From contig CAZQBT010000005.1 in NCBI GenBank assembly GCA_964591955.1, positions 6,192-70,191 of the forward strand: a DNA stretch of 64,000 nt, in the 5' to 3' direction. The stretch comes from an uncultured Brevinematales bacterium (GTDB lineage: Bacteria > Spirochaetota > Brevinematia > Brevinematales > CAZQBT01). The position numbers were made by a program, and so were the translations under genes. Shown here piece after piece: positions 38,080-46,277 of this stretch. Positions within the stretch are counted from its first letter, which is position 1. Each line of letters begins with the position of its first letter. Below the pieces are notes generated by a model. The model saw nothing but the letters and a program-made list of their open reading frames with translations, did not search any database and had not been told where the DNA came from.

Positions 38080-38294
38080 GGCGCGGATTAAAGTTGATAT
38101 GCAGGATTAGTCTAATATATGACTGAAGCATATAAAGACAGGCTGGAAGCCGGTCCCGCTGAAAATACCGATATGCAGGTCCCGCACTTGATGACCGCTT
38201 TATTATCTAAAAGTCTTTTTTTTAACCAACCGGTTATCGAGTTCCGGGCGTTTGCGAAGCAGGGTCCCGGAGTATTGAGATACCCGAAGCTATC

Positions 38295-39524
38295 TCATAC
38301 CCTTTGCGATACCAACCCCGAACGAAGTTTGGGTTCAAACCATGTCGATTTCGGAGGCATCACCATCCCCCTGTCCGACACCTCCATAAGTTCTTCTATC
38401 GAAACGGGATACATCGAAAAAGCAACGGCGAAATTGCCCCCGTCAACCTGACGGATTAACTCCTCCGCGCCCTTAATCCCCCCGACAAATTTCACCCTCT
38501 TTGATACGCGGGGGTTATCTATACCGAGTATCGGCGATAAAATTTTGTCCTGCAAAACCGACACGTCAAGCGAGGCTACGGGGTTTGAGTTATCGACTAC
38601 GTCTCTTTTTCTTAGGATGGAATACAGGGTTTTGTCGATATAGGCGATAATCTCTCCCTTGTGGTCGGGCGAGGTTTTATCGCATTTCTCAACGATAAAA
38701 TTATCCTCAAGTTTTTTGATAAACTCATCGGAGGTAAGCCCGTTTAAGTCTTTGACCAATCGGTTATATGCAAGGATTTCGAGTTGAGACGATGGGAAAA
38801 CTACGGCGGAGAAAAAATTATAATCCTCCGTTCCGTTATGCGTCTTGTTTTGGGATTTAAGGATATTGCGCGCTTTTACGGATGATGCCGAACGGTGATG
38901 CCCGTCACAGATATAAAACGCGGAAATACCCGCGAAGTATTCCGTGAAATCTTTTACCGAGTCGGGGTCTTTTACCACCCAAAGCCTGTGTATTACCCCG
39001 TTTTCATCCTTGAAGTCGTATTCGGGTGGGACGGATACTATACCCTCGATTTTCTTATCATATTCGGTATCATCCCTGAAGCACATAAATACCGGTCCCG
39101 TATGAACACCCGTTACAAGAAGGAGTTTTGCGCGGTCATCCTCCTTTTCGGGGATAGTATGCTCGTTAATCTTTATCCTGCCCTCCTCGTAATCATCACA
39201 ACTTACCGAGGTATAAAACCCGAACTGCGTTTTGGAATTGCGGGTTTGCGCGTATATATAAAAAGACGGGGCATCCTCCTCAAACAGGATACCGTCTTTG
39301 AGAAACTTCTCAAAATTCCTTTTAGCGGTTAAGTAAACCTCCTCGCTGTATTCATCGACTCCTTTAAGCGAGGCTTCCGCGCGGATTACATTGTAGAACG
39401 AAAGAGGGTTGTTGCGTATTGCCGCCTCAACTTCCTCCCGCTCAACAACGTCATAGGGAGGCGCGTTTAATTGCTCCACGTATTCTTTTTTAGGACGAAT
39501 ACCTTTAAATGCCTTGACTATCAT
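38295..39524 (-). CDS. DUF1015 family protein (paralogue 2)
   Basis: NAPPYDVV near the N-terminus and the FYICDGHHRSASS motif. Size is 409 aa. Confidence 0.8.
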   Translation of the reverse strand: MIVKAFKGIRPKKEYVEQLNAPPYDVVEREEVEAAIRNNPLSFYNVIRAEASLKGVDEYSEEVYLTAKRNFEKFLKDGILFEEDAPSFYIYAQTRNSKTQFGFYTSVSCDDYEEGRIKINEHTIPEKEDDRAKLLLVTGVHTGPVFMCFRDDTEYDKKIEGIVSVPPEYDFKDENGVIHRLWVVKDPDSVKDFTEYFAGISAFYICDGHHRSASSVKARNILKSQNKTHNGTEDYNFFSAVVFPSSQLEILAYNRLVKDLNGLTSDEFIKKLEDNFIVEKCDKTSPDHKGEIIAYIDKTLYSILRKRDVVDNSNPVASLDVSVLQDKILSPILGIDNPRVSKRVKFVGGIKGAEELIRQVDGGNFAVAFSMYPVSIEELMEVSDRGMVMPPKSTWFEPKLRSGLVSQRV

Positions 39525-39708
39525 AATACTCTCCGTTCCCCGTTTTTTTAGAATTATTATAACCCTTTTTACATAACATTTCTAACTTTGCGACAATTAA
39601 ATTTGTTTAACTTCTAAACCAAAAATGCAGATAATAAATATAATGGAAACTCTCTGAAATTATGGTATAATATATATAAGGGATATCCGAAATATCGAGA
39701 GGAATCAA

Positions 39709-40731
39709 ATGAAAAGGCACGTGTCGTTAATAGTTATCGTATTTTTGGGGCTTTTTATCGGTTCAAGTGTTTTCGCGCTTACGATAGATGAGGCAATGTT
39801 TAATCTGGGGGTTAAAATCTACGACAGCGGGGATTATCGGGAGTCGGCAAAGCAGTTCGGCAGTTTAATTGCCCGTTATCCCGAAACGCGGTATTACAAC
39901 CACGCAATATATTATCTCGCTATGTCGCATTATAATATGGATAACTACAACGAGGCGTTAAGGTATTACACGATTTTAAACCGTCGTGCAAATAACGAAA
40001 CCGAAAAGCGATGGGCGGTATTCGGGATGGCGCAAAGCTACAAAAGAATAGGAAATATGTTGCAGGCTGCCCGTTATTTTGAATCTTTCGCCCTGAATTT
40101 TAAGGACTCCCCCGTTGCATCATCGGCGTTGTTTTTTGCCGCCGAATGTTATGAACTTGCCGGGAATCAATCCCGCGCCCTTGAACTTTATCGCAAGCTC
40201 GTTTTGGAATATCCGAACAGCCGTTATTTACAGGAGGCGCTTGCTAAAACGGCGGAAAAAACCCCCTCTAAAAATAACTATACAAAGCCCGATGATATAC
40301 ATCAATGGAAACCCAATTTAGGAAATTCATCCAATTCCGCAAGCAAAGTTGATTCGGCTAATAAAATCGCAACGCCCACAAATTCGGGAATCATTTCCAA
40401 AACGGAACCCGTTTTGGTAGTAAAAACCAATTTTATCATTATGACAAACCGTGTCTTTTTAACACAAAGCGTAGAGCATCTACAATTTAAAGAAATTACG
40501 AATAAATTGGTATTGACCAACCAGAAATTCATTACGCAAAGAGTTGAACTCGCCGAAGACCCCAAGAAAAAAGAAATAGAAAAACAGGCGACAATCAACC
40601 GTCAAACCGAAGAGGAAATTGTGAGGATGCGCGCATTGCTTGAAATGCAGGCTCGGCTTCTCGAAATCAAGCAACAAGCTATCAGACAAAAAGAGGAGCT
40701 TATGAAAGAAGAGGAAAAGGAGAATAAATGA
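39709..40731 (+). CDS. Secreted TPR-repeat protein with C-terminal coiled coil
   Basis: Signal peptide plus 3-4 TPR-like units (...YRESAKQFGSLIARYPETRYYNHAIYYLAMSHYNMDNYNEALRYY...; ...LELYRKLVLEYPNSRYLQEALAK), resembling YbgF/CpoB-type TPRs. The tail is E/K/Q-rich. Confidence 0.65.
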   Translation: MKRHVSLIVIVFLGLFIGSSVFALTIDEAMFNLGVKIYDSGDYRESAKQFGSLIARYPETRYYNHAIYYLAMSHYNMDNYNEALRYYTILNRRANNETEKRWAVFGMAQSYKRIGNMLQAARYFESFALNFKDSPVASSALFFAAECYELAGNQSRALELYRKLVLEYPNSRYLQEALAKTAEKTPSKNNYTKPDDIHQWKPNLGNSSNSASKVDSANKIATPTNSGIISKTEPVLVVKTNFIIMTNRVFLTQSVEHLQFKEITNKLVLTNQKFITQRVELAEDPKKKEIEKQATINRQTEEEIVRMRALLEMQARLLEIKQQAIRQKEELMKEEEKENK

Positions 40732-42455
40732 GTAAAACATTTGCATTAGTTACGGCGTTTATTTTTACCGCTTTTTTCACCGTCAATTTATACTCAAGTT
40801 ATCTAACTATTGATACTAAAGAACTTATCTTTTCTTTGGATAGTCGAACCGGAAGGTTTTATATTGAAAACCCGGCTGCAAGTTCAAGAGAGCTTCAATA
40901 TCTGCTATTCAAGGATAATCCCCCGTCTTCTTATCCGATTCTAATACTTAACGGGCAACCCTATCGCCTGAGCGACAGGAATGTCAAAACCAAACAAACC
41001 TTTACCCGCGATAATAACAGGATATACGGAGTTTTTTCTATTCAGGATGTTGACTTTGAAATAAGCTATACCCTAACCAACTCTCCCGCTTCGGATGGAG
41101 GAGACACAGTCCTATGTATAGTTTCTATCAAAAACAACACCCAGTTGGATATCAGGGCGGGGGTGAGGTTTCTATTTGATACCGTGTATAACGAAAGACG
41201 GGATGAACCGAGGATTTATCTTTCAAGCACGCGTCGCGTTGATAACGAATTACTGATACCCCAACAAACCCTTACGGATTTTGTATTCTGCGGGGAGTAT
41301 GATGCTTTCACCCGTCAATTCAAACAAGGGCTTTTTATATATCCATACGTTAATAATTACCGCGCGCACTCGATAATCATAGGTAATTGGCGTAAACTTG
41401 ACGAGACAGAATTAGACTACGATGTAAGCCCTCGCGACCGCTTTCGATATAACCGCTTTGGCGTTCAGGATGCGGCGGTTGCCGTGTTTTTCAGGGGCGT
41501 TCCGATTAAACCGAATGAAATCGTAAATATCGGCGCTGTGCTTTCAAAAAACCACTTTGAGTTCAGCGACTTCCTGACAAAACCCGTTGTCGTTGTTCCT
41601 ACATTGGATAAAAAAGAAGATACGGAAAAACCCGAAGAAAAAATTAAGGTTACGAACGACGTTAAGGTAGTTGAAACCGCAAAACCCGACAGACCTGAAA
41701 CCACAAAGCCTAAAGAAGATAAAACAGAACCCGTAAAAGCGGATAAGTTGCCTATTGAAACGATACTTACACAGGTGTTTTATACTACAAACGGAAAAGT
41801 CGATTATGATATGATGAAACGTCAACAGGAAATGGCTTTGCTTAAAACCCAGATTGATGCGTTAGACCGTCTTGTGCAACTTATAGAGCGTATAGATACG
41901 TTTATGACCAATCCCGAAGCCGTCAGACATACAATTATAACTCAAAAAACCGAACCGGTTACCACTGAACCCGAAAAAACCAAAGTAGAACCGGCGACTG
42001 AAGAAGCAAAGACGGAAGAAACAAAGAAAGAATATTCCAAAATAAGAGATATTCCCGAATATATACCATCAAAAGAACTTCCATCCGCAGATAGAGAAGA
42101 CGTAAAAGAAGTTATGGATAAAACTATCTCGGAATATGAAAAAAGATTTGCCGAACAAAAAGCTCATTATGAAAGACTTATTCGTGAACAGGACGAAGGG
42201 TTTAAAAAGATATACGACGAATACGATGAAAAACTAAGCGGGGTCAAAGAAATACGCGGAAGAAGCGAACGGATAAAAAAACTCGATACCACAATTGACG
42301 AGTTAAACCAAAAAATCCGTCTCATAGAACAACTCAAAGGGCTTCGTCTTGATTTTTCGAGTATGCCTGATGGCAGGATTTCCCAAATCAAAGAAGAAAT
42401 TGATATGATAGAAATGCAATTATTAAGATTAAGCATAAAATCCGGGGACAAGTAA
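40728..42455 (+). CDS. Hypothetical secreted/membrane-anchored protein with Pro/Thr/Lys/Glu-rich linker and long coiled coil
   Basis: ATGA overlap with the TPR gene. N-terminal hydrophobic helix, a roughly 270-aa globular domain of unknown family, TEKPEEK/KPKEDKTEP-type linker and a heptad-like C-terminus. Confidence 0.5.
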   Translation: MSKTFALVTAFIFTAFFTVNLYSSYLTIDTKELIFSLDSRTGRFYIENPAASSRELQYLLFKDNPPSSYPILILNGQPYRLSDRNVKTKQTFTRDNNRIYGVFSIQDVDFEISYTLTNSPASDGGDTVLCIVSIKNNTQLDIRAGVRFLFDTVYNERRDEPRIYLSSTRRVDNELLIPQQTLTDFVFCGEYDAFTRQFKQGLFIYPYVNNYRAHSIIIGNWRKLDETELDYDVSPRDRFRYNRFGVQDAAVAVFFRGVPIKPNEIVNIGAVLSKNHFEFSDFLTKPVVVVPTLDKKEDTEKPEEKIKVTNDVKVVETAKPDRPETTKPKEDKTEPVKADKLPIETILTQVFYTTNGKVDYDMMKRQQEMALLKTQIDALDRLVQLIERIDTFMTNPEAVRHTIITQKTEPVTTEPEKTKVEPATEEAKTEETKKEYSKIRDIPEYIPSKELPSADREDVKEVMDKTISEYEKRFAEQKAHYERLIREQDEGFKKIYDEYDEKLSGVKEIRGRSERIKKLDTTIDELNQKIRLIEQLKGLRLDFSSMPDGRISQIKEEIDMIEMQLLRLSIKSGDK

Positions 42456-43513
42456 TGGCTGAAAAAATCAAGGTGCTTATTGTTGATGATTCCGCAATAG
42501 TTCGGGGAGTGCTTGAGGAAAAACTTTCCGCGTTTGAAGATATAGAGGTGGTCGGCACCGCTCCCGACCCGTATATAGCAAGAACAAAAATCCTGAAATT
42601 AAACCCCGACGTTATAACCTTAGATATTGAAATGCCGAGAATGGACGGACTTACCTTTTTACAGCGTCTTATGACTTACTACCCTCTCCCCGTAATTATA
42701 GTAAGTTCCGTTACCACACAGGATACTTTGGCATCAATCAAAGCGCTTGAAATAGGCGCATTTGACGTGGTCAATAAACCGAGCGGGGCTTTTTCGGTCG
42801 AGGAAGTAATTGAGGAGATAGTTTTTAAAATCCGTAAGGCTTACGCTATCAAGGATATTTATATTTCCCGCGGGATTCATATAACAAACCAAATAAAAGA
42901 CAAGACAATAAAATATGACGACAATCTCCTCAGCAGCGTATCAACCACCGACAAACTTATAACCATAGGGGCATCAACCGGCGGAACAGTCGCGCTTGAA
43001 TATATATTCAGGAATCTCCCCTCCAATATGCCTCCGATATTGGTAACCCAGCATATGCCCCCGCAGTTTACATACCAGTTTTCTCTTAGGCTAAACGAGC
43101 TTTCCGCATTGGAAATAAAAGAGGCGGAGAACGGAGACCTTATTACGTCGGGGCATGCCTATATAGCACCGGGGGGGTATCATCTTGTCGTTAAGCGTAA
43201 AGGGGCTTTATTATACGCTTATCTTGATGACGGGGAAAGGGTGCATTTCCAGAAACCGGCCGTTGACGTGATGTTTCATTCAATAGCACGACAGGTGGGA
43301 AAAAACACGGTCGCCGTATTGCTTACCGGGATGGGAAAAGACGGAGCAGCGGGACTGCTTGCGCTTAAACAAAGCGGGGCTTCTACAATAGCGCAGGATG
43401 AAAAAAGCAGCGTAGTATGGGGAATGCCGAAAGCGGCTGTCGATATGAACGCTCATACGGAAATTTGCCCCTTAGATAATATTCCCAAACGTATCGTTGA
43501 ATTATCTCGATAA
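42455..43513 (+). CDS. cheB: Chemotaxis response regulator protein-glutamate methylesterase
   Basis: REC domain (VLIVDDS...DVITLDIEMPRMDG) plus methylesterase domain (IGASTGG, LVTQHMPP.FT, GMGKDGA). 1-nt overlap (TAATG) with the upstream gene. Confidence 0.9.
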   Translation: MAEKIKVLIVDDSAIVRGVLEEKLSAFEDIEVVGTAPDPYIARTKILKLNPDVITLDIEMPRMDGLTFLQRLMTYYPLPVIIVSSVTTQDTLASIKALEIGAFDVVNKPSGAFSVEEVIEEIVFKIRKAYAIKDIYISRGIHITNQIKDKTIKYDDNLLSSVSTTDKLITIGASTGGTVALEYIFRNLPSNMPPILVTQHMPPQFTYQFSLRLNELSALEIKEAENGDLITSGHAYIAPGGYHLVVKRKGALLYAYLDDGERVHFQKPAVDVMFHSIARQVGKNTVAVLLTGMGKDGAAGLLALKQSGASTIAQDEKSSVVWGMPKAAVDMNAHTEICPLDNIPKRIVELSR

Positions 43514-43519
43514 ATATAA

Positions 43520-43549
43520 AAGGGCATCCTCTGGGGGTAGGATGCCCTT
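43520..43549. terminator. Perfect 11-bp hairpin between convergent cheB and the OMP gene
   Basis: AAGGGCATCCT (43520-43530), loop CTGGGGGT, AGGATGCCCTT (43539-43549). No strong U-tract, but the position between convergent genes fits a bidirectional terminator. Confidence 0.55.
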
Positions 43550-43608
43550 GTTGATAAGAAATCTGAAGGTAGCACAACGGTTAATACCGTTGCCTGTATA
43601 TCTGGATT

Positions 43609-44283
43609 TTACTCTCCCTTAGCATAATTAAACGGTATCCACAACCAAGCGCCGTAAGATACGGATATACCGTTTTCGGAAAGAATATCGCCGAGAGGCA
43701 GCCCGACGGAAAGTTGAGCATCGCCTATATCAAAACACAAACCGGGAACAAGCTCAAGCCCGAACCCTCCATCATCGCCAAAGGTATAAACCGGGTTAAT
43801 CTCAAGATAAACCGATACACCGAAAGGCAATTTCAAAACCGGTGCAATAACCGCGCCGATTTCCATAGCATCAAGCATAGCGCCGTAAGGAAAAGTTAAT
43901 GCGACATTTGCCTCAATAGCGAACATATCCAATTCATCGTAAATCAAATGATACTGAAGGCTAAGATAATCCGCTCCGGCTTGCACCCCTACGATAGCAA
44001 GGTCTTTACCGCTAAAATCATAACGTATCATTCCCCAATTTCCCGTGAAGTTATAGAAAAAGTCCATCTTATCGGAAAAACCCCATTCAAGCATCATTTC
44101 AAAGTCGGTATAAGACATCGGGTCGGGAGTCAGCGCACCGCTTAAAAACGGGTTCACCGCAATAGTATCGGCACCGGTCATTCCCACCCACGCATTGTAG
44201 GAATATGAATGAGCCTTTGATGCCAAAACAAAAGTTCCCATACTTAGACAAACCACCATAACAAACAGATACATTCCTTTCAT
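43609..44283 (-). CDS. Hypothetical secreted protein, possible small beta-barrel OMP
   Basis: Signal peptide MKGMYLFVMVVCLSMGTFVLASKA. Gly/aromatic-rich alternating pattern ending in ...WLWIPFNYAKGE. Located directly downstream of amt-glnK. Confidence 0.4.
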   Translation of the reverse strand: MKGMYLFVMVVCLSMGTFVLASKAHSYSYNAWVGMTGADTIAVNPFLSGALTPDPMSYTDFEMMLEWGFSDKMDFFYNFTGNWGMIRYDFSGKDLAIVGVQAGADYLSLQYHLIYDELDMFAIEANVALTFPYGAMLDAMEIGAVIAPVLKLPFGVSVYLEINPVYTFGDDGGFGLELVPGLCFDIGDAQLSVGLPLGDILSENGISVSYGAWLWIPFNYAKGE

Positions 44284-44339
44284 AAGTCTTCCTCCTGAAT
44301 TTGAATTTTGGAATAAAGGCAGACAAATTTTTAAATATT

Positions 44340-44404
44340 GAAGCGGCTGCCGCGGTATTATCGTAGGGGTATATCCGAATATGAATCACCGCCGCAGCCG
44401 CTTC
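44340..44404 (-). terminator. Long imperfect stem-loop immediately after glnK (terminator or attenuator-like)
   Basis: GAAGCGGCTGCCGCGGT (44340-44356) pairs with ACCGCCGCAGCCGCTTC (44388-44404): 17 bp with one mismatch and a 31-nt loop. It starts 6 nt after the glnK stop. No classical U-tract. Confidence 0.45.
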
Positions 44405-44410
44405 TTGAGC

Positions 44411-44749
44411 TTACATTGCTCCTTCGCCCCGCTCACCAGTTCGTATCCTGACCGTCTCATCTATTGTGGAGACAAAAATCTTTCCGTCCCCGACCTCTCC
44501 CGTATAGCATACGGAGATAATTTTGTCGATAATTTTATCGACTAACTCATCCTGAGTAACCAGAACGACAACAAGTTTGGGGATAAGGTCAACGTCATAC
44601 TCGTTGCCCCTGAACATCTCTTTATGCCCTCTTTGACGCCCGAAACCTCCCGCCTCAAACACGGTCAATCCATGTATGCCCAACCCGCTGAGAGCGGTTT
44701 TCAAATCGTGGAGTTTAGAGGGTCTTATTACGGTTTCAATTCTTTTCAT
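44411..44749 (-). CDS. glnK: Nitrogen regulatory protein P-II
   Basis: MKRIETVIRPSKLHDLKTAL...GFGRQRGHKEMFRGNEY (T-loop, Tyr51 conserved)...GDGKIFV...RIRTGE. Start set to ATG 44749 (GGAGG upstream; the track start is a TTG). Confidence 0.92.
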   Translation of the reverse strand: MKRIETVIRPSKLHDLKTALSGLGIHGLTVFEAGGFGRQRGHKEMFRGNEYDVDLIPKLVVVLVTQDELVDKIIDKIISVCYTGEVGDGKIFVSTIDETVRIRTGERGEGAM

Positions 44750-44761
44750 AACTTCCTCCAA

Positions 44762-46048
44762 TTAAATTTTAGTAAAATCTTTTCTGAAATCAGGATAACA
44801 ATCAGCCTCGTGTTCGGCAATATCAATACCGAGAATTTCCTCTTTTTTGGATATTCTCAAGCCGACGGTTACTTTAATCAAGCCGAAGAGAATAACTCCC
44901 GTAACAACAACCCATGCGAGTATGGCAAGAATACCGATAGCCTGAACACCGACCTGACCTAACCGCGTTACCCCATCCGCCAAGTCATTGGCAAAAATAC
45001 CTGCGGCAAGAGTTCCCCAAATACCGCAAACACCATGAACCGAAAAAGCGCCTACGGGGTCGTCGATTTTAAGAACCCTGTCAACAAACAGGACGGAAAG
45101 CACAACAATTACGCCGCCGACAGCGCCGATAACAACTGCAGCCCAAGGGTCAATGTTAGCGCATCCTGCAGTAATAGCAACAAGCCCCGCAAGTGCGCCG
45201 TTTAATGTCATACCTATATCAGGGACTTTAAGGGTTACCCATGAGGTTATAAGCGCCCCGATAGTTCCCGCAGCAGCGCCCAAAGTGGTAGTCAGTGCAA
45301 TATACCCGATTTCCGGAACTCCGGCAGTGGTGGAACCCGAGTTAAACCCATACCACCCGAACCAGAGTATAAAAACACCGAGAGCAGCTAAGGGAAGGTT
45401 ATGTCCGGGAATAGGTTGCGAGGTTCCGTCCTTGCGATACTTGCCCAAACGTGGTCCAAGGAATATCGCGCCGATAAGTCCCAGAACGCCGCCTACCATA
45501 TGCACAACCGAAGAGCCGGCAAAATCGATATAACCGAGTTCAACAAGCCAGGGTGTGTTGGTATCAAGCAGAAGGTCGCCCCATGCCCAATGCCCCGAAA
45601 CAGGATATATAATCAGGGTTACGACAAAACTGTAAATCAGATAAGAAACAAACTTTGTCCTTCCCGCCATAGCTCCCGAAACAATTGTGGCAGCGGTTGC
45701 GGCAAACACCAATTGGAAAACAAAAAAGGTAAAAACCCATTCGGCGTTTTCAACTAAGGGACTGACAAAAAAATGGGAAGCGCCCATAAAATTACCCGCG
45801 CCGAACATAATGCCGTATCCGACCGCCCAGAATGCAAGCGCACCCATCGAGAAATCCAGGATGTTCTTCATCAAGACATTGCCCGCGCTCTTAGCGCTTA
45901 TAAATCCGGCTTCCACCATAGCAAACCCTGCTTGCATAAAAAACACCAAAAACGCCGCGATTAATGTCCATACAATATTGAGATTGACTTGAATCAACAC
46001 CGCAGCTTGCACGGCTTCCGTTACTCCGACAGCAACTAATTCTTCCAT
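44762..46048 (-). CDS. amt: Ammonium transporter (Amt family)
   Basis: 11-TM protein with DFAGSSVVHMVGG and ...FSVHGVCGIWGTLAAGIF... Amt signatures. Followed by glnK. Confidence 0.92.
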   Translation of the reverse strand: MEELVAVGVTEAVQAAVLIQVNLNIVWTLIAAFLVFFMQAGFAMVEAGFISAKSAGNVLMKNILDFSMGALAFWAVGYGIMFGAGNFMGASHFFVSPLVENAEWVFTFFVFQLVFAATAATIVSGAMAGRTKFVSYLIYSFVVTLIIYPVSGHWAWGDLLLDTNTPWLVELGYIDFAGSSVVHMVGGVLGLIGAIFLGPRLGKYRKDGTSQPIPGHNLPLAALGVFILWFGWYGFNSGSTTAGVPEIGYIALTTTLGAAAGTIGALITSWVTLKVPDIGMTLNGALAGLVAITAGCANIDPWAAVVIGAVGGVIVVLSVLFVDRVLKIDDPVGAFSVHGVCGIWGTLAAGIFANDLADGVTRLGQVGVQAIGILAILAWVVVTGVILFGLIKVTVGLRISKKEEILGIDIAEHEADCYPDFRKDFTKI

Positions 46049-46081
46049 ACGTTCCTCCTAATAGTGAAGTTATAGTTTTTA

Positions 46082-46097
46082 TGCAATAAGAGTGCCA
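46082..46097 (-). promoter_or_regulatory. Sigma-54 (-24/-12) promoter of amt-glnK
   Basis: The minus strand reads TGGCAC (46097-46092) TCTTA TTGCA (46086-46082), an exact TGGCAC-N5-TTGCA. It lies about 34 nt upstream of the amt ATG (46048), with an AGGAGG RBS in between. Confidence 0.65.
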
Positions 46098-46277
46098 TAC
46101 GGTTAAAAACCGTGCAAATTTATTCGGCGTGTTTAATTATTTCAATACAACGAAAACATTTAATAAAAGAGGTTAAAATTAGACTATAATGCCAAATAAA
46201 AATTCATATAGGTTTTACTGATTAATAAATGTGCAATCAAAATGACAGGTGGTTATTTTTTAGGCAGATGGGCAATG

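Noticed and set aside
38140-38290. SRP (4.5S) RNA candidate, because of a GGAA-containing hairpin and CAGGUCCC / AGCAGGGUCCCGG strings
   Set aside because: The conserved helix-8 core (…GGUCAGGUCCGGAAGGAAGCAGCC…), its symmetric loop and the closing helix cannot be reconstructed from this sequence by eye.
38119-38451. 110-aa + strand ORF starting in the 38.1-kb intergenic region
   Set aside because: Its 3' half is antisense to the well-supported DUF1015 gene, and it has no RBS or motif. The intergenic part is reported only as unexplained sequence.
44411-44749. Apparent loss of the P-II T-loop uridylylation tyrosine (EMFRG versus E. coli ELYRG)
   Set aside because: On counting residues, the Phe aligns with Tyr46, not Tyr51. 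Tyr51 (…GNEY) is conserved, so nothing is unusual.
46245-46254. 10-mer ACAGGTGGTT shared between 46245-46254 and 47458-47467 (both in minus-strand intergenic regions flanking the glycosyltransferase gene)
   Set aside because: There are only two copies. One lies in the spacer of a sigma-70-type promoter and the other downstream of a stop codon. The flanks differ and there is no dyad symmetry. This is insufficient to distinguish from chance without a genome-wide count.
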